A stretch of DNA of 64,000 bases from an uncultured Chloroflexia bacterium (GTDB lineage Bacteria; Chloroflexota; Limnocylindria; Limnocylindrales; CSP1-4): assembly GCA_963801745.1 (NCBI GenBank), contig CAWDFY010000003.1, positions 78,151-142,150 on the forward strand. Direction: 5' to 3'. Of the stretch, positions 37,934 through 54,862 are shown piece after piece. The translations under genes were made by a program, and so were the position numbers. Every line of letters starts with the position of its first letter. The stretch's first letter is position 1. The notes beneath the pieces are model-generated. The model made no database searches, had not been told where the DNA came from, and saw only the letters and a program-made list of their open reading frames with translations.

Positions 37934-40009
37934 CTAGACCTTGGACTTCTGGACGAGTTCCGAGGCCAGGTTGGCTGGCACCTCGGCGTAATGGCTGAAC
38001 TCCATCGAGGACGTCGCGCGTCCCTGGGACATGCTCCGCAGGTCGGTCACGTAGCCGAACATCTGGGCGAGCGGGACGAACGCCCGGACGACCTCGGTGC
38101 CCGAGCGGGACTCGATGCCCTCGATCTGGCCGCGGCGGCTGTTGAGGTCGCCGATGACGTCGCCCATGAACTCGGTGGGCATCGTCGCCTCGACCCGCAT
38201 GATCGGCTCGAGGATCGCCGGATCGCCCTTCAGGAAGGCATCCTGGGCGGCCATCGAGCCCGCGATCTTGAACGCCATCTCGGACGAGTCGACCTCGTGG
38301 TACGACCCGTCGAACAGCGTGACCTTGACGTCGACCACGGGGTAGCCCGCGTAGATGCCCGTCTCGAGCTTCTCGCGGATGCCCTGGTCGACCGACTTGA
38401 TGTACTCGCGCGGGATCGTGCCGCCGACGATCTTGTCGACGAACTCGTAGCCCGAGCCCTTCTCGGCCGGCTCGAGCCGGATGACCGCGTGGCCGTACTG
38501 GCCCTTGCCGCCGGTCTGGCGGACGAACCGCCCGTTGCCCTGCGCCTCGCGCTTGATCGTCTCGCGGTAGGAGACCTGCGGCTTGCCGATGTTCGCTGCG
38601 ACCTTGAACTCGCGGACCATCCGGTCGACGAGCACGTCGAGGTGCAGCTCGCCCATGCCGGCGATGAGCGTCTCGGACGACTCCGGGTCGGTGTGGACGC
38701 GGAACGTCGGGTCCTCCTCGGCCAGGCGCTGCAGGGCGATCGCGAGCTTGTCCTGGTCGGCCTTGGTCTTCGGCTCGATCTTGACCTCGATGACCGGCTC
38801 CGGGAAGGACATCGATTCGAGGATGACCGGATGGGCCTCGTCGGTGAGGGTGTCACCGGTGAAGGTGTCCTTGAGCCCGACCGCCGCGGCGATGTCGCCC
38901 GCGTAGACGACGTCGATCTCCTCGCGGTGGTTGGCGTGCATCTGCAGGATGCGCCCGATGCGCTCCTTCCTGCCCTTCGTGGGGTTGAGCACGTAAGAGC
39001 CGGACTTGAGCGTGCCCGAGTACACCCGGAAGAACGCCAGCTTGCCGACGAAGGGGTCGGCGGCGATCTTGAACGCCAGCGCGCTGAACGGCTCGCTGTC
39101 GTCGGGGGTGCGCAGCACCTCGGACCCGGACTTGGGGTCGATGCCGATCATCGGCGGGACGTCGAGCGGCGAGGGCAGGTAGTCGACGACCGCGTCGAGC
39201 ACCTTCTGGATGCCCTTGTTGCGGAGCGCCGAGCCGGTCAGCACCGGGATGATCTTCGTCGTCAGGGTGCCCAGGCGGAGACCCCGCTTGATCTCGGCCG
39301 TGGTCAGCTCCTCGCCCTCGAGGTACTTGTGCATCAGCTCGTCGTCCATGTCGGCGACGGCCTCGACCAGAATGTGGCGGTGCTGGTCGGCGTCGGCCTG
39401 GAGCTCGGCCGGGATGTCGACGACGTCGACCTTGTTGCCCAGGTCGTCGCGGTAGTAGATGGCCTGCATGTCCACGAGGTCGATGACGCCCTGGAACTGG
39501 TCCTCGCGCCCGATCGGGATCTGGATCGGCACGGCGTTGGCGCCGAGCCGCTCCTTGATCGACTCGACCCCGCGCCAGAAGTCGGCACCGGTCCGGTCGA
39601 GCTTGTTGATGAAGCAGATGCGCGGCACGCCGTAGCGGTCGGCCTGGCGCCAGACCGTCTCGGACTGGGGCTCGACGCCGGCCACGCCGTCGAAGACGAC
39701 GACCGCGCCATCGAGCACGCGCAGGCTCCGCTCGACCTCGACCGTGAAGTCCACGTGCCCGGGCGTATCGATGATGTTGACGCGATGATCGCCCCAGAAC
39801 GCCGTCGTCGCGGCAGCCGTGATCGTGATGCCCCGCTCCTGCTCCTGGGGCATCCAGTCCATCGTGGCCGCGCCCTCATGGACCTCGCCGATCTTGTAGA
39901 TCTTCTTCGTGTAGAAGAGGATCCGCTCGGTCACGGTCGTCTTGCCGGCGTCGATGTGCGCGATGATGCCGATGTTCCGCGTCTTGGCGAGCGGAACCTG
40001 TCGTGCCAC
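37934..40009 (-). CDS. fusA: elongation factor G
   Basis: ORF 37934..40009, 691 aa. [17 protein letters not shown] and NKLD motifs. Confidence 0.98.
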   Translation of the reverse strand: MARQVPLAKTRNIGIIAHIDAGKTTVTERILFYTKKIYKIGEVHEGAATMDWMPQEQERGITITAAATTAFWGDHRVNIIDTPGHVDFTVEVERSLRVLDGAVVVFDGVAGVEPQSETVWRQADRYGVPRICFINKLDRTGADFWRGVESIKERLGANAVPIQIPIGREDQFQGVIDLVDMQAIYYRDDLGNKVDVVDIPAELQADADQHRHILVEAVADMDDELMHKYLEGEELTTAEIKRGLRLGTLTTKIIPVLTGSALRNKGIQKVLDAVVDYLPSPLDVPPMIGIDPKSGSEVLRTPDDSEPFSALAFKIAADPFVGKLAFFRVYSGTLKSGSYVLNPTKGRKERIGRILQMHANHREEIDVVYAGDIAAAVGLKDTFTGDTLTDEAHPVILESMSFPEPVIEVKIEPKTKADQDKLAIALQRLAEEDPTFRVHTDPESSETLIAGMGELHLDVLVDRMVREFKVAANIGKPQVSYRETIKREAQGNGRFVRQTGGKGQYGHAVIRLEPAEKGSGYEFVDKIVGGTIPREYIKSVDQGIREKLETGIYAGYPVVDVKVTLFDGSYHEVDSSEMAFKIAGSMAAQDAFLKGDPAILEPIMRVEATMPTEFMGDVIGDLNSRRGQIEGIESRSGTEVVRAFVPLAQMFGYVTDLRSMSQGRATSSMEFSHYAEVPANLASELVQKSKV

Positions 40010-40029
40010 GGTGTCCTAGGCTCCCGGGT

Positions 40030-40497
40030 CTACCACTTGAAATGGCTGAAGGCGCGGTTCGCCTCGGCCATCTTGTGCGTGTCTTCGCGTCGCTTCACTG
40101 CCGCGCCGAGACCGTTCATGGCATCGACGAATTCGGCGGCGAGCTTCTCGCTCATGCTCTTTCCGCTGCGCTTGCGCGCCGCCTGGACGAGCCAGCGGAC
40201 GCCGAGCGACAGACGACGGTCGCCCCGGATCTCGACCGGGACCTGGTAGGTGGCGCCGCCCACGCGGCGCGGCTTGACCTCGATGATCGGCGTGGCGTTG
40301 CGCATCGCCGCCTCGAGGATCTCCAGCCCGGGTCGGCTGGCCTGCGCCTCGGCGCGGGCGAGCGCCTGGCGGAGGATCCGCTCGGCGAGGTTCTGCTTGC
40401 CGCCCTTCATGAGCTTCGCGGAGAAGCGGGCGGTGATGCGGTTGGCCGGCACGACCTCGTACTTGGTCTTGCGCGGGATGCTGGTGCGACGCGGCAT
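40030..40497 (-). CDS. rpsG: 30S ribosomal protein uS7
   Basis: ORF 40030..40497, 155 aa. It ends ...MAEANRAFSHFKW. Confidence 0.96.
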   Translation of the reverse strand: MPRRTSIPRKTKYEVVPANRITARFSAKLMKGGKQNLAERILRQALARAEAQASRPGLEILEAAMRNATPIIEVKPRRVGGATYQVPVEIRGDRRLSLGVRWLVQAARKRSGKSMSEKLAAEFVDAMNGLGAAVKRREDTHKMAEANRAFSHFKW

Positions 40498-40512
40498 GCT
40501 GGTCGGCCTTCC

Positions 40513-40923
40513 CTACTTGGCCTTCGCGCCGTACTTGCTGCGACCCTGCTTGCGGTCGCGCACGCCGGCGGCGTCGAGGGTGCCGCGGATGATGTGGTAC
40601 TTGACCGACGGGAGGTCCTTCACGCGGCCGCCGCGGACGAGGACCACCGAGTGCTCCTGGAGGTTGTGGCCGATGCCCGGGATGTAGGCCGTGACCTCCA
40701 TCTGGTTCGACAACCGCACGCGCGCGATCTTGCGCAACGCGGAGTTCGGCTTCTTCGGCGTCATCGTGCGCACCTGGAGACAGACGCCGCGCTTCTGCGG
40801 GGCGCCCGGGATCGACACCTGTCGGCGGCGCAGGCTGTTCCAGTTCTTGCGCATGGCGGGCGCCTTGACCTTCTTCACCTTGGTCTGGCGACCGTGTCGC
40901 ACGAGCTGGCTGATCGTCGGCAC
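40513..40923 (-). CDS. rpsL: 30S ribosomal protein uS12 with a ~14-aa insertion after the PA(L/M) motif
   Basis: Last 136 codons of ORF 40513..41133, from GTG 40921-40923 (AAGGAG 9 nt upstream). [13 protein letters not shown]...PQKRGVC...[11 protein letters not shown]...GHNLQEHS...RGGRVKDLP. Confidence 0.93.
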   Translation of the reverse strand: MPTISQLVRHGRQTKVKKVKAPAMRKNWNSLRRRQVSIPGAPQKRGVCLQVRTMTPKKPNSALRKIARVRLSNQMEVTAYIPGIGHNLQEHSVVLVRGGRVKDLPSVKYHIIRGTLDAAGVRDRKQGRSKYGAKAK

Positions 40924-41103
40924 GAAGACGCTGCTCCTTACTCTGTCGATACGGGGCGGTCGGCTGCGACCGCGGGGGCCGGTCCCGCGGCGCCGGTCGC
41001 GCCCGCAGGCGGTCCGGTCGGGACCGGTGATGTCTGTGATGGTGGCGGAATGGTCCCCGGCGCAGGCGCCGAAGGCGGACCCCTCCCGAGGCCACGAAGG
41101 CGG

Positions 41104-41133
41104 AGTATATCGGTGGCCCGGAATCAGTGTCAA
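41104..41133 (-). promoter_or_regulatory. candidate sigma-70-type promoter of the rpsL-rpsG-fusA-tuf operon
   Basis: Minus strand reads TTGACA (41128-41133), 18 nt, TATACT (41104-41109), about 180 nt upstream of the rpsL start, in a locally AT-richer patch. Confidence 0.45.
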
Positions 41134-41182
41134 ACGTGCGGGGAGGCGTTTTCGGGGCTCGGCCCTCCCACCCGGACATGAC

Positions 41183-41209
41183 GTGACCCCGGGGTCGCCC
41201 CGGGGTCAC
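41183..41209 (-). terminator. perfect 12-bp stem / 3-nt loop hairpin 27 nt after the rpoC stop (no U tract)
   Basis: GTGACCCCGGGG-CGA-CCCCGGGGTCAC read from the minus strand. Confidence 0.4.
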
Positions 41210-41235
41210 GGATCAGGCGGCGGAAGATCCCGCGA

Positions 41236-45774
<4,539 letters not shown>

Positions 45775-45879
45775 CGCCTGGCTCGGCGACGTGATGCGGA
45801 CCGTGGGCGAGCGGGGTCGAGCCGGCCGGGACGCGACCCCGCGGGAACGGTGTGGGTGTTCGGGTGACGGTGATGGCGA

Positions 45880-49359
<3,480 letters not shown>

Positions 49360-49421
49360 GAAATACCGCTCCTTGACGGAGGAGGAAGGAGGAATGGGAG
49401 GCCGCGCTCACAGAATTGAGT

Positions 49422-49449
49422 AGGATATCGCGATTTTCAGGGTTGTCAA
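49422..49449 (-). promoter_or_regulatory. candidate sigma-70-type promoter upstream of rpoB
   Basis: Minus strand reads TTGACA (49444-49449), 16 nt, TATCCT (49422-49427), inside the most AT-rich patch of the window. Confidence 0.4.
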
Positions 49450-49473
49450 ATACCCCCGGACATGGTATTGGGG

Positions 49474-49526
49474 CCGACGGGCACCGACCGCGTTCGGAGA
49501 AAACGCGGCCGGGCGACGTCCGTCGG
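49474..49526 (-). terminator. two-tier stem-loop directly after rplL (attenuator-like)
   Basis: CCGACGG...CCGGCCGCG-UUUUCUCCGAA-CGCGGUCGG...CCGUCGG. The inner stem is 9 bp (one G-U) and the outer stem is 7 bp. Position is analogous to the known rplL-rpoB attenuator of E. coli. Confidence 0.35.
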
Positions 49527-49536
49527 ATGGACTCGC

Positions 49537-49932
49537 TTACTTGATCTCGACCTTGGCGCCCTGCTCCTCGAGGGCCGCCTTGATCTTGTCGGCCTCGTCC
49601 TTCGCCACGCCTTCCTTGACGGGCTTGGGCGAGGCGTCGACCAGGTCCTTGGCCTCCTTGAGGCCGAGGCCGGTCAGCTCGCGAACGACCTTGATGACCG
49701 GGATCTTGTTCGGACCCACCTCGGTGAGGACGGCGCTGAACTCGGTCTGCTCCTCGGCGGCGGCCGGAGCGGCCGCCTCACCACCCGCGGCGGCGGCGGG
49801 CGCGGCGGCGGCGGCCGGAGCGGCGGCCGTGACGCCGTAGCGCTCCTCGAAGCGCTTGATGAACTCGGACAGCTCGAGCACGGTCATCTTGTCGATGGCC
49901 TCGAGCAGGTCGTCCTGGGTCAGGGTTGCCAT
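49537..49932 (-). CDS. rplL: 50S ribosomal protein bL12 (L7/L12)
   Basis: ORF 49537..49932, 131 aa. Ala-rich hinge plus ...[10 protein letters not shown]... Confidence 0.96.
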   Translation of the reverse strand: MATLTQDDLLEAIDKMTVLELSEFIKRFEERYGVTAAAPAAAAAPAAAAGGEAAAPAAAEEQTEFSAVLTEVGPNKIPVIKVVRELTGLGLKEAKDLVDASPKPVKEGVAKDEADKIKAALEEQGAKVEIK

Positions 49933-49978
49933 GGTGTCTCCTAGTCGGTGGTGTCGGTTCGGCTGGTCGGTGAAGGGA

Positions 49979-50503
49979 TCAGGCCTCGGCCTGGCGCTTC
50001 TGCTCGGCGACCTGCGCGAGGGCGTAGCCCAGGTTGCGCAGGGGCGCGACGAACAGACCGGCCAGCGTCCCGACCGGCGCCTGCATGCCGCCGGCCAGCC
50101 TGGCCAGCAACACCTCGCGCGACGGGAGGGCGGCGAGTCGGGTCACGGCGTCCGCATCGATCGCCTTGTCGCCAAGGACGGCACCGGTGATCCGCACGAT
50201 CTTGTACGGACGGGTGGCGTCGATGACGGCCTTGGCGGTCCCCGCCTCGTCGGTGCCGAACGCGATCGCGGTCGGCCCGATGAGGAGCGGGTCCAGCGCC
50301 GTGCCGACCGTGTCGGCGGCGGCGATCTTCATCAAGCGGTTCTTGATGACGCGGTACTTGACGTCCTGCTTGCTCAGGGCGCGCCGGATCTCGGCGATCT
50401 CCTTCACCGTCAGGCCACGGTATTCGGACACGATCATCGTCCGAGCGTTCGCGATCTCCTCGCGCAGCTCGGCGACTTCGGCGATCTTGGCCTCGGTGGG
50501 CAT
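49979..50503 (-). CDS. rplJ: 50S ribosomal protein uL10
   Basis: ORF 49979..50743 trimmed to ATG 50501-50503 (TAGGAGGCAC upstream). [33 protein letters not shown]... Confidence 0.93.
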   Translation of the reverse strand: MPTEAKIAEVAELREEIANARTMIVSEYRGLTVKEIAEIRRALSKQDVKYRVIKNRLMKIAAADTVGTALDPLLIGPTAIAFGTDEAGTAKAVIDATRPYKIVRITGAVLGDKAIDADAVTRLAALPSREVLLARLAGGMQAPVGTLAGLFVAPLRNLGYALAQVAEQKRQAEA

Positions 50504-50867
50504 GTGCCTCCTATCGCTACGGCACGCGGACCGGCGTGCGGCGGTGGGTCGACCGGACGCGCTGTCCGCGTCTCCCCTGCGACGGATCCCATGGCAACCT
50601 CCTGGGGAGGTCGACCCCGGCTCGCAGGGGCGCGCCCACCGACTGAGGTGGAAGCACCGACTGCCTCGGCGTGCTCGTCGTCGTCCCCGACGCCGCCCTC
50701 GCGGGCGACCGGCCGGTCCGGTGCGACGGATCAAGTCCGGCACGACGACCGTTGGAGGTCGCGCACTACGGACGCAGGCTGTCTGCGGCGGTCCGTCAGT
50801 TCTCGATCAGATGGCTCGCGTCTCCACGGCCATCACATCTGGTGTGCCGGCGACCCGCCGGCGGGGG
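50504..50867 (-). promoter_or_regulatory. 364-nt GC-rich untranslated leader of rplJ; candidate L10(L12)4 autoregulatory leader
   Basis: Unusually long non-coding gap between the rplA stop and the rplJ start. The position matches known L10-leader elements. I could not verify the consensus structure by eye. Confidence 0.3.
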
Positions 50868-51575
50868 TCAGGCGGCCGCGGCCGCCAGGGTGGCCGGCAC
50901 GTCGACCCGGATGCCCGGGCCCATCGTGCTGGCGATCGTCAGGGTCCTGAGGTACTGGCCCTTGGCCCCGGACGGCTTGGCGCGATTGATCGCGTCGACC
51001 AGCGCCGCGAGGTTGTCGACCAGGGCCTGCGCCTCGAAGCTGCTCTTGCCGACCGGCACGTGGATGATGGCGGCCTTGTCGACCTTGAACTCGACCCGGC
51101 CGCCCTTGACCTCCTTGATGGCCCGCTCGAGGTCGAAGGTGATGGTGCCCGCCTTCGGGTTGGGCATCAGGCCTCGACGGCCGAGGATCTTGCCGAGCCG
51201 CCCGACCAGGCCCATCGAGTCGGGCGTCGCGAGCGCGACGTCGAACTCGAGCCAGCCGGCCTCGATCTTCTTGACCAGGTCCTCGCCGCCGACCTCGTCG
51301 GCACCGGCGCGGAGCGCCTCCTGCGCCTTCTCGCCCTGGGCGAACACCGCCACGCGCACCGACTTCCCGGTGCCGTGCGGGAGCACGACCGTGCCGCGGA
51401 CCATCTGATCGGCGTGGCGCGGGTCGACGCCGAGGCGGACGTGTGCCTCGATGGTGGCGTCGAAGTTGACCGTGGTCGTCTGCTTCGCGAGATCGGCGGC
51501 CTCGGCCGGGGTGTAGAGCTGCTCGCGGTCGACGAGCTTGGCGGCGTCCTGATACTTCTTGCCGCGATCGGTCAT
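50868..51575 (-). CDS. rplA: 50S ribosomal protein uL1
   Basis: ORF 50868..51575, 235 aa. ...[17 protein letters not shown]... Confidence 0.96.
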   Translation of the reverse strand: MTDRGKKYQDAAKLVDREQLYTPAEAADLAKQTTTVNFDATIEAHVRLGVDPRHADQMVRGTVVLPHGTGKSVRVAVFAQGEKAQEALRAGADEVGGEDLVKKIEAGWLEFDVALATPDSMGLVGRLGKILGRRGLMPNPKAGTITFDLERAIKEVKGGRVEFKVDKAAIIHVPVGKSSFEAQALVDNLAALVDAINRAKPSGAKGQYLRTLTIASTMGPGIRVDVPATLAAAAA

Positions 51576-51667
51576 GGTGTCGTTCCTCCGTGCGGCCGGC
51601 GGTCCGGCCTTCCCCGGTTCGTCCCCTCCGCGGCCCGGGGTGCGGCCGCGGGGCTCCGACTCGACGG

Positions 51668-52093
51668 TCAGTTGGTGACGTCGATGCCCATCGAGCGGGC
51701 GGTGCCCTCGATCTGCCGAGCGGCGGCCTCGATGTCGTTGGCGTTGAGGTCGGCCATCTTGATGGTCGCGATCTCGCGCAGCTGGTCGCGGGTCACGCGG
51801 CCGACGCTCTCGCGTCCGCTCAGGCCGGACCCCTTCTCGACGCCGGCGGCCTTGCGCAGCAGGTCGGCGGCGGGCGGGGTCTTGAGGATGAACGTGAACG
51901 AGCGATCCTCGAAGATCGTGATCTGCGCCGGGATGATCTGGCCGCGCTTGTCCTGGGTCTTCTCGTTGTACGACTTGGTGAACTCGACGATGTTGATGCC
52001 GTGCGGGCCCAACGCGGTGCCGACCGGCGGGGCGGGCGTCGCCGCGCCGGCGGGAAGCTGCAGGGTCAGCATGATGCGGATCTTCTTGGCCAC
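51668..52093 (-). CDS. rplK: 50S ribosomal protein uL11
   Basis: ORF 51668..52093, 141 aa. ...[22 protein letters not shown]... Confidence 0.96.
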   Translation of the reverse strand: MAKKIRIMLTLQLPAGAATPAPPVGTALGPHGINIVEFTKSYNEKTQDKRGQIIPAQITIFEDRSFTFILKTPPAADLLRKAAGVEKGSGLSGRESVGRVTRDQLREIATIKMADLNANDIEAAARQIEGTARSMGIDVTN

Positions 52094-52114
52094 GGGTGTC
52101 TCGGACTTCCTTTC

Positions 52115-52693
52115 CTAGAGTTTTTCGACTTGCAGGAAGTCGAGCTCGACCGGGGTCTCGCGGCCGAAGATGCTCACCAGGACCTTGACCTTGTTGCGCT
52201 CCGGGTTGATCTCCTCGACCGTGCCGATGAACTCGGCGAACGGCCCGTCGGTGACCCGGACGCTCTGGCCCTTGGTGAATGCGACGCGGTACTTCGGGGT
52301 CTCGACGCCCATGTGCCGCAGGATCTGCTTGACCTCGGTGTCGGTCAGCGGGATCGGCTCGCTGCGCACACCCGGGATGTTGGCCCCGCCGACGAAGCTC
52401 GTGACGCCCGGCGTGTTGCGAACGACGAACCAGCTGTCGGGGTCGAGGATCATCTCGACGAGGACGTAGCCCGGGTACACCTTCTTCTGGACGGTGTGGC
52501 GCTGACCCTGGCGGATCTCGATCTCGTCCTCCATCGGGACGAGGACCTGGAAGATCTTGTCCTCCATGCCCATCGACTCGATGCGGTGCTCGAGGTTGGT
52601 CTTGACCTTGTTCTCGTAGCCCGAGTACGTGTGGATGATGTACCAGCGCTTCTCGGTCGCCTTGGTCTCGGTGGTGCTGCTGAGGTCGGTCAT
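52115..52693 (-). CDS. nusG: transcription termination/antitermination factor NusG
   Basis: ORF 52115..52693, 192 aa. [16 protein letters not shown]-terminal domain and KOW domain ([20 protein letters not shown]). Confidence 0.95.
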   Translation of the reverse strand: MTDLSSTTETKATEKRWYIIHTYSGYENKVKTNLEHRIESMGMEDKIFQVLVPMEDEIEIRQGQRHTVQKKVYPGYVLVEMILDPDSWFVVRNTPGVTSFVGGANIPGVRSEPIPLTDTEVKQILRHMGVETPKYRVAFTKGQSVRVTDGPFAEFIGTVEEINPERNKVKVLVSIFGRETPVELDFLQVEKL

Positions 52694-52700
52694 CGTCGTC

Positions 52701-52892
52701 CTACGCCGCGCCCGGGGTCACGAGATCGAGCAACCCGATGAAGATGCGATCGAGCACGGTGATGTACAGCCCGACCACGACGCTGATCGCGAAGACCAGC
52801 ACGGTCAGGTTGCGCACCTGCTCACGGGTCGGCCAGCTGACTTTCTTCAGCTCGGACCAGACCTCATCGAAATAGCGTCGAAGTCGCTTCAC
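52701..52892 (-). CDS. secE: preprotein translocase subunit SecE
   Basis: ORF 52701..52892, 63 aa, GTG start. ...[13 protein letters not shown]... plus one TM segment. Position before nusG. Confidence 0.9.
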   Translation of the reverse strand: MKRLRRYFDEVWSELKKVSWPTREQVRNLTVLVFAISVVVGLYITVLDRIFIGLLDLVTPGAA

Positions 52893-52929
52893 GTTCTCGT
52901 TCTACTCTCGGCTTCCTTGAGTGGGGTTG

Positions 52930-53005
52930 TGGCAGGGGCGATAGGACTCGAACCTACAACCGCTGGTTTTGGAGACCAGTGCTCTGCCAATTGAGCTACA
53001 CCCCT
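52930..53005 (-). tRNA. tRNA-Trp (anticodon CCA)
   Basis: Hand fold: AGGGGTG-TA-GCTC-AATTGGCA-GAGC-A-CTGGT-CTCCAAA-ACCAG-CGGTT-GTAGG-TTCGAGT-CCTAT-CGCCCCT-G-CCA. 76 nt with encoded CCA. Confidence 0.9.
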
Positions 53006-53025
53006 GCGGCGGCGAGGCCGTCGGC

Positions 53026-53183
53026 CTACTTCGCCTCCCGGTGAAGTGTATGCCGTCGCTCGCGCGGGCAGTATTTCATGAGCTCGATCCGGTTGGGATC
53101 GTTCTTCTTGTTCTTGCGCGTGGTGTACGTCCGCTGCTTGCACTCGGTGCAGGCCAGCTGGATCGTCGGACGCGCTTCGACTC

Positions 53184-53190
<7 letters not shown>
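53026..53190 (-). CDS. rpmG: 50S ribosomal protein bL33 (three of the four zinc-ribbon Cys retained)
   Basis: ORF 53026..53244 trimmed to ATG 53188-53190. [54 protein letters not shown]. Confidence 0.92.
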
Positions 53191-54394
<1,204 letters not shown>

Positions 54395-54454
54395 GAGACG
54401 GACTCACTCCTTGTCATGCGCGACCGAAGCCGCAGGTGCCGGATGATCGGGTGG

Positions 54455-54530
54455 TGGAGCCCACAATCGGACTTGAACCGATGACCTCTTCCTTACCAAG
54501 GAAGTGCTCTGCCAGCTGAGCTATGTGGGC
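54455..54530 (-). tRNA. tRNA-Thr (anticodon GGU)
   Basis: Hand fold: GCCCACA-TA-GCTC-AGCTGGCA-GAGC-A-CTTCC-TTGGTAA-GGAAG-AGGTC-ATCGG-TTCAAGT-CCGAT-TGTGGGC-T-CCA. Confidence 0.9.
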
Positions 54531-54561
54531 CCGGATCCGATCGCGGGATGTGGTGTCGAAG

Positions 54562-54643
54562 TGGTGGGCCGGGAGGGATTCGAACCCCCATGCCTTTCGG
54601 ACCTGGTCTACAGCCAGGCGAGCCGCCGTTGCTCAACCGACCC
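54562..54643 (-). tRNA. tRNA-Tyr (anticodon GUA, long variable arm)
   Basis: Hand fold: GGGTCGG-TT-GAGC-AACGGCG-GCTC-G-CCTGG-CTGTAGA-CCAGG-TCCGAAAGGCAT-GGGGG-TTCGAAT-CCCTC-CCGGCCC-A-CCA. 82 nt. Confidence 0.85.
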
Positions 54644-54709
54644 ACTGTAGCGGCGCACCGGATCGAGCTGCGGGCTCGTGGAGGATCCGACCACCGGATG
54701 GATGTTCGC

Positions 54710-54785
54710 TGGAGCCGACGGCGGGACTCGAACCCGAAACCGGCGGTTTACAAAACCGCTGCTCTACCAATTGAGCTACGTCGGC
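54710..54785 (-). tRNA. tRNA-Thr (anticodon UGU)
   Basis: Hand fold: GCCGACG-TA-GCTC-AATTGGTA-GAGC-A-GCGGT-TTTGTAA-ACCGC-...-TTCGAGT-...-CGTCGGC-T-CCA. The T-stem has one mismatch. Confidence 0.85.
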
Positions 54786-54832
54786 GCGACGGGCAGGGCC
54801 ATACCGCAGGATGACCCATTCGGCGCCGGGAG

Positions 54833-54862
54833 ATGATAGGGCCGACCCCCCGAATGGGTCAA
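54833..54862 (-). promoter_or_regulatory. candidate sigma-70-type promoter of the tRNA-tuf-rpmG operon
   Basis: Minus strand reads TTGACC (54857-54862, overlapping the rlmB stop), 18 nt, TATCAT (54833-54838), about 45 nt upstream of tRNA-Thr(UGU). It is flanked by an 11-nt inverted repeat. Confidence 0.4.

Noticed and set aside
49394-49423. A plus-strand mini-ORF (ATG GGA GGC CGC GCT CAC AGA ATT GAG TAG) preceded by an exceptionally strong ggaggaggaaggagga Shine-Dalgarno-like tract.
   Set aside because: The purine tract is the complement of the pyrimidine-rich rpoB 5' leader. The 9-codon ORF is antisense to that leader, nothing else in the window is plus-strand coded, and it has no supporting context.
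54644-54709. Possible degenerate tRNA-Gly (the glyT equivalent) in the spacers of the tRNA cluster.
   Set aside because: Neither the 66-nt nor the 31-nt spacer contains a GTTCRANYC T-loop, a D-loop motif or an acceptor-stem pairing. The 31-nt spacer is too short for a tRNA.
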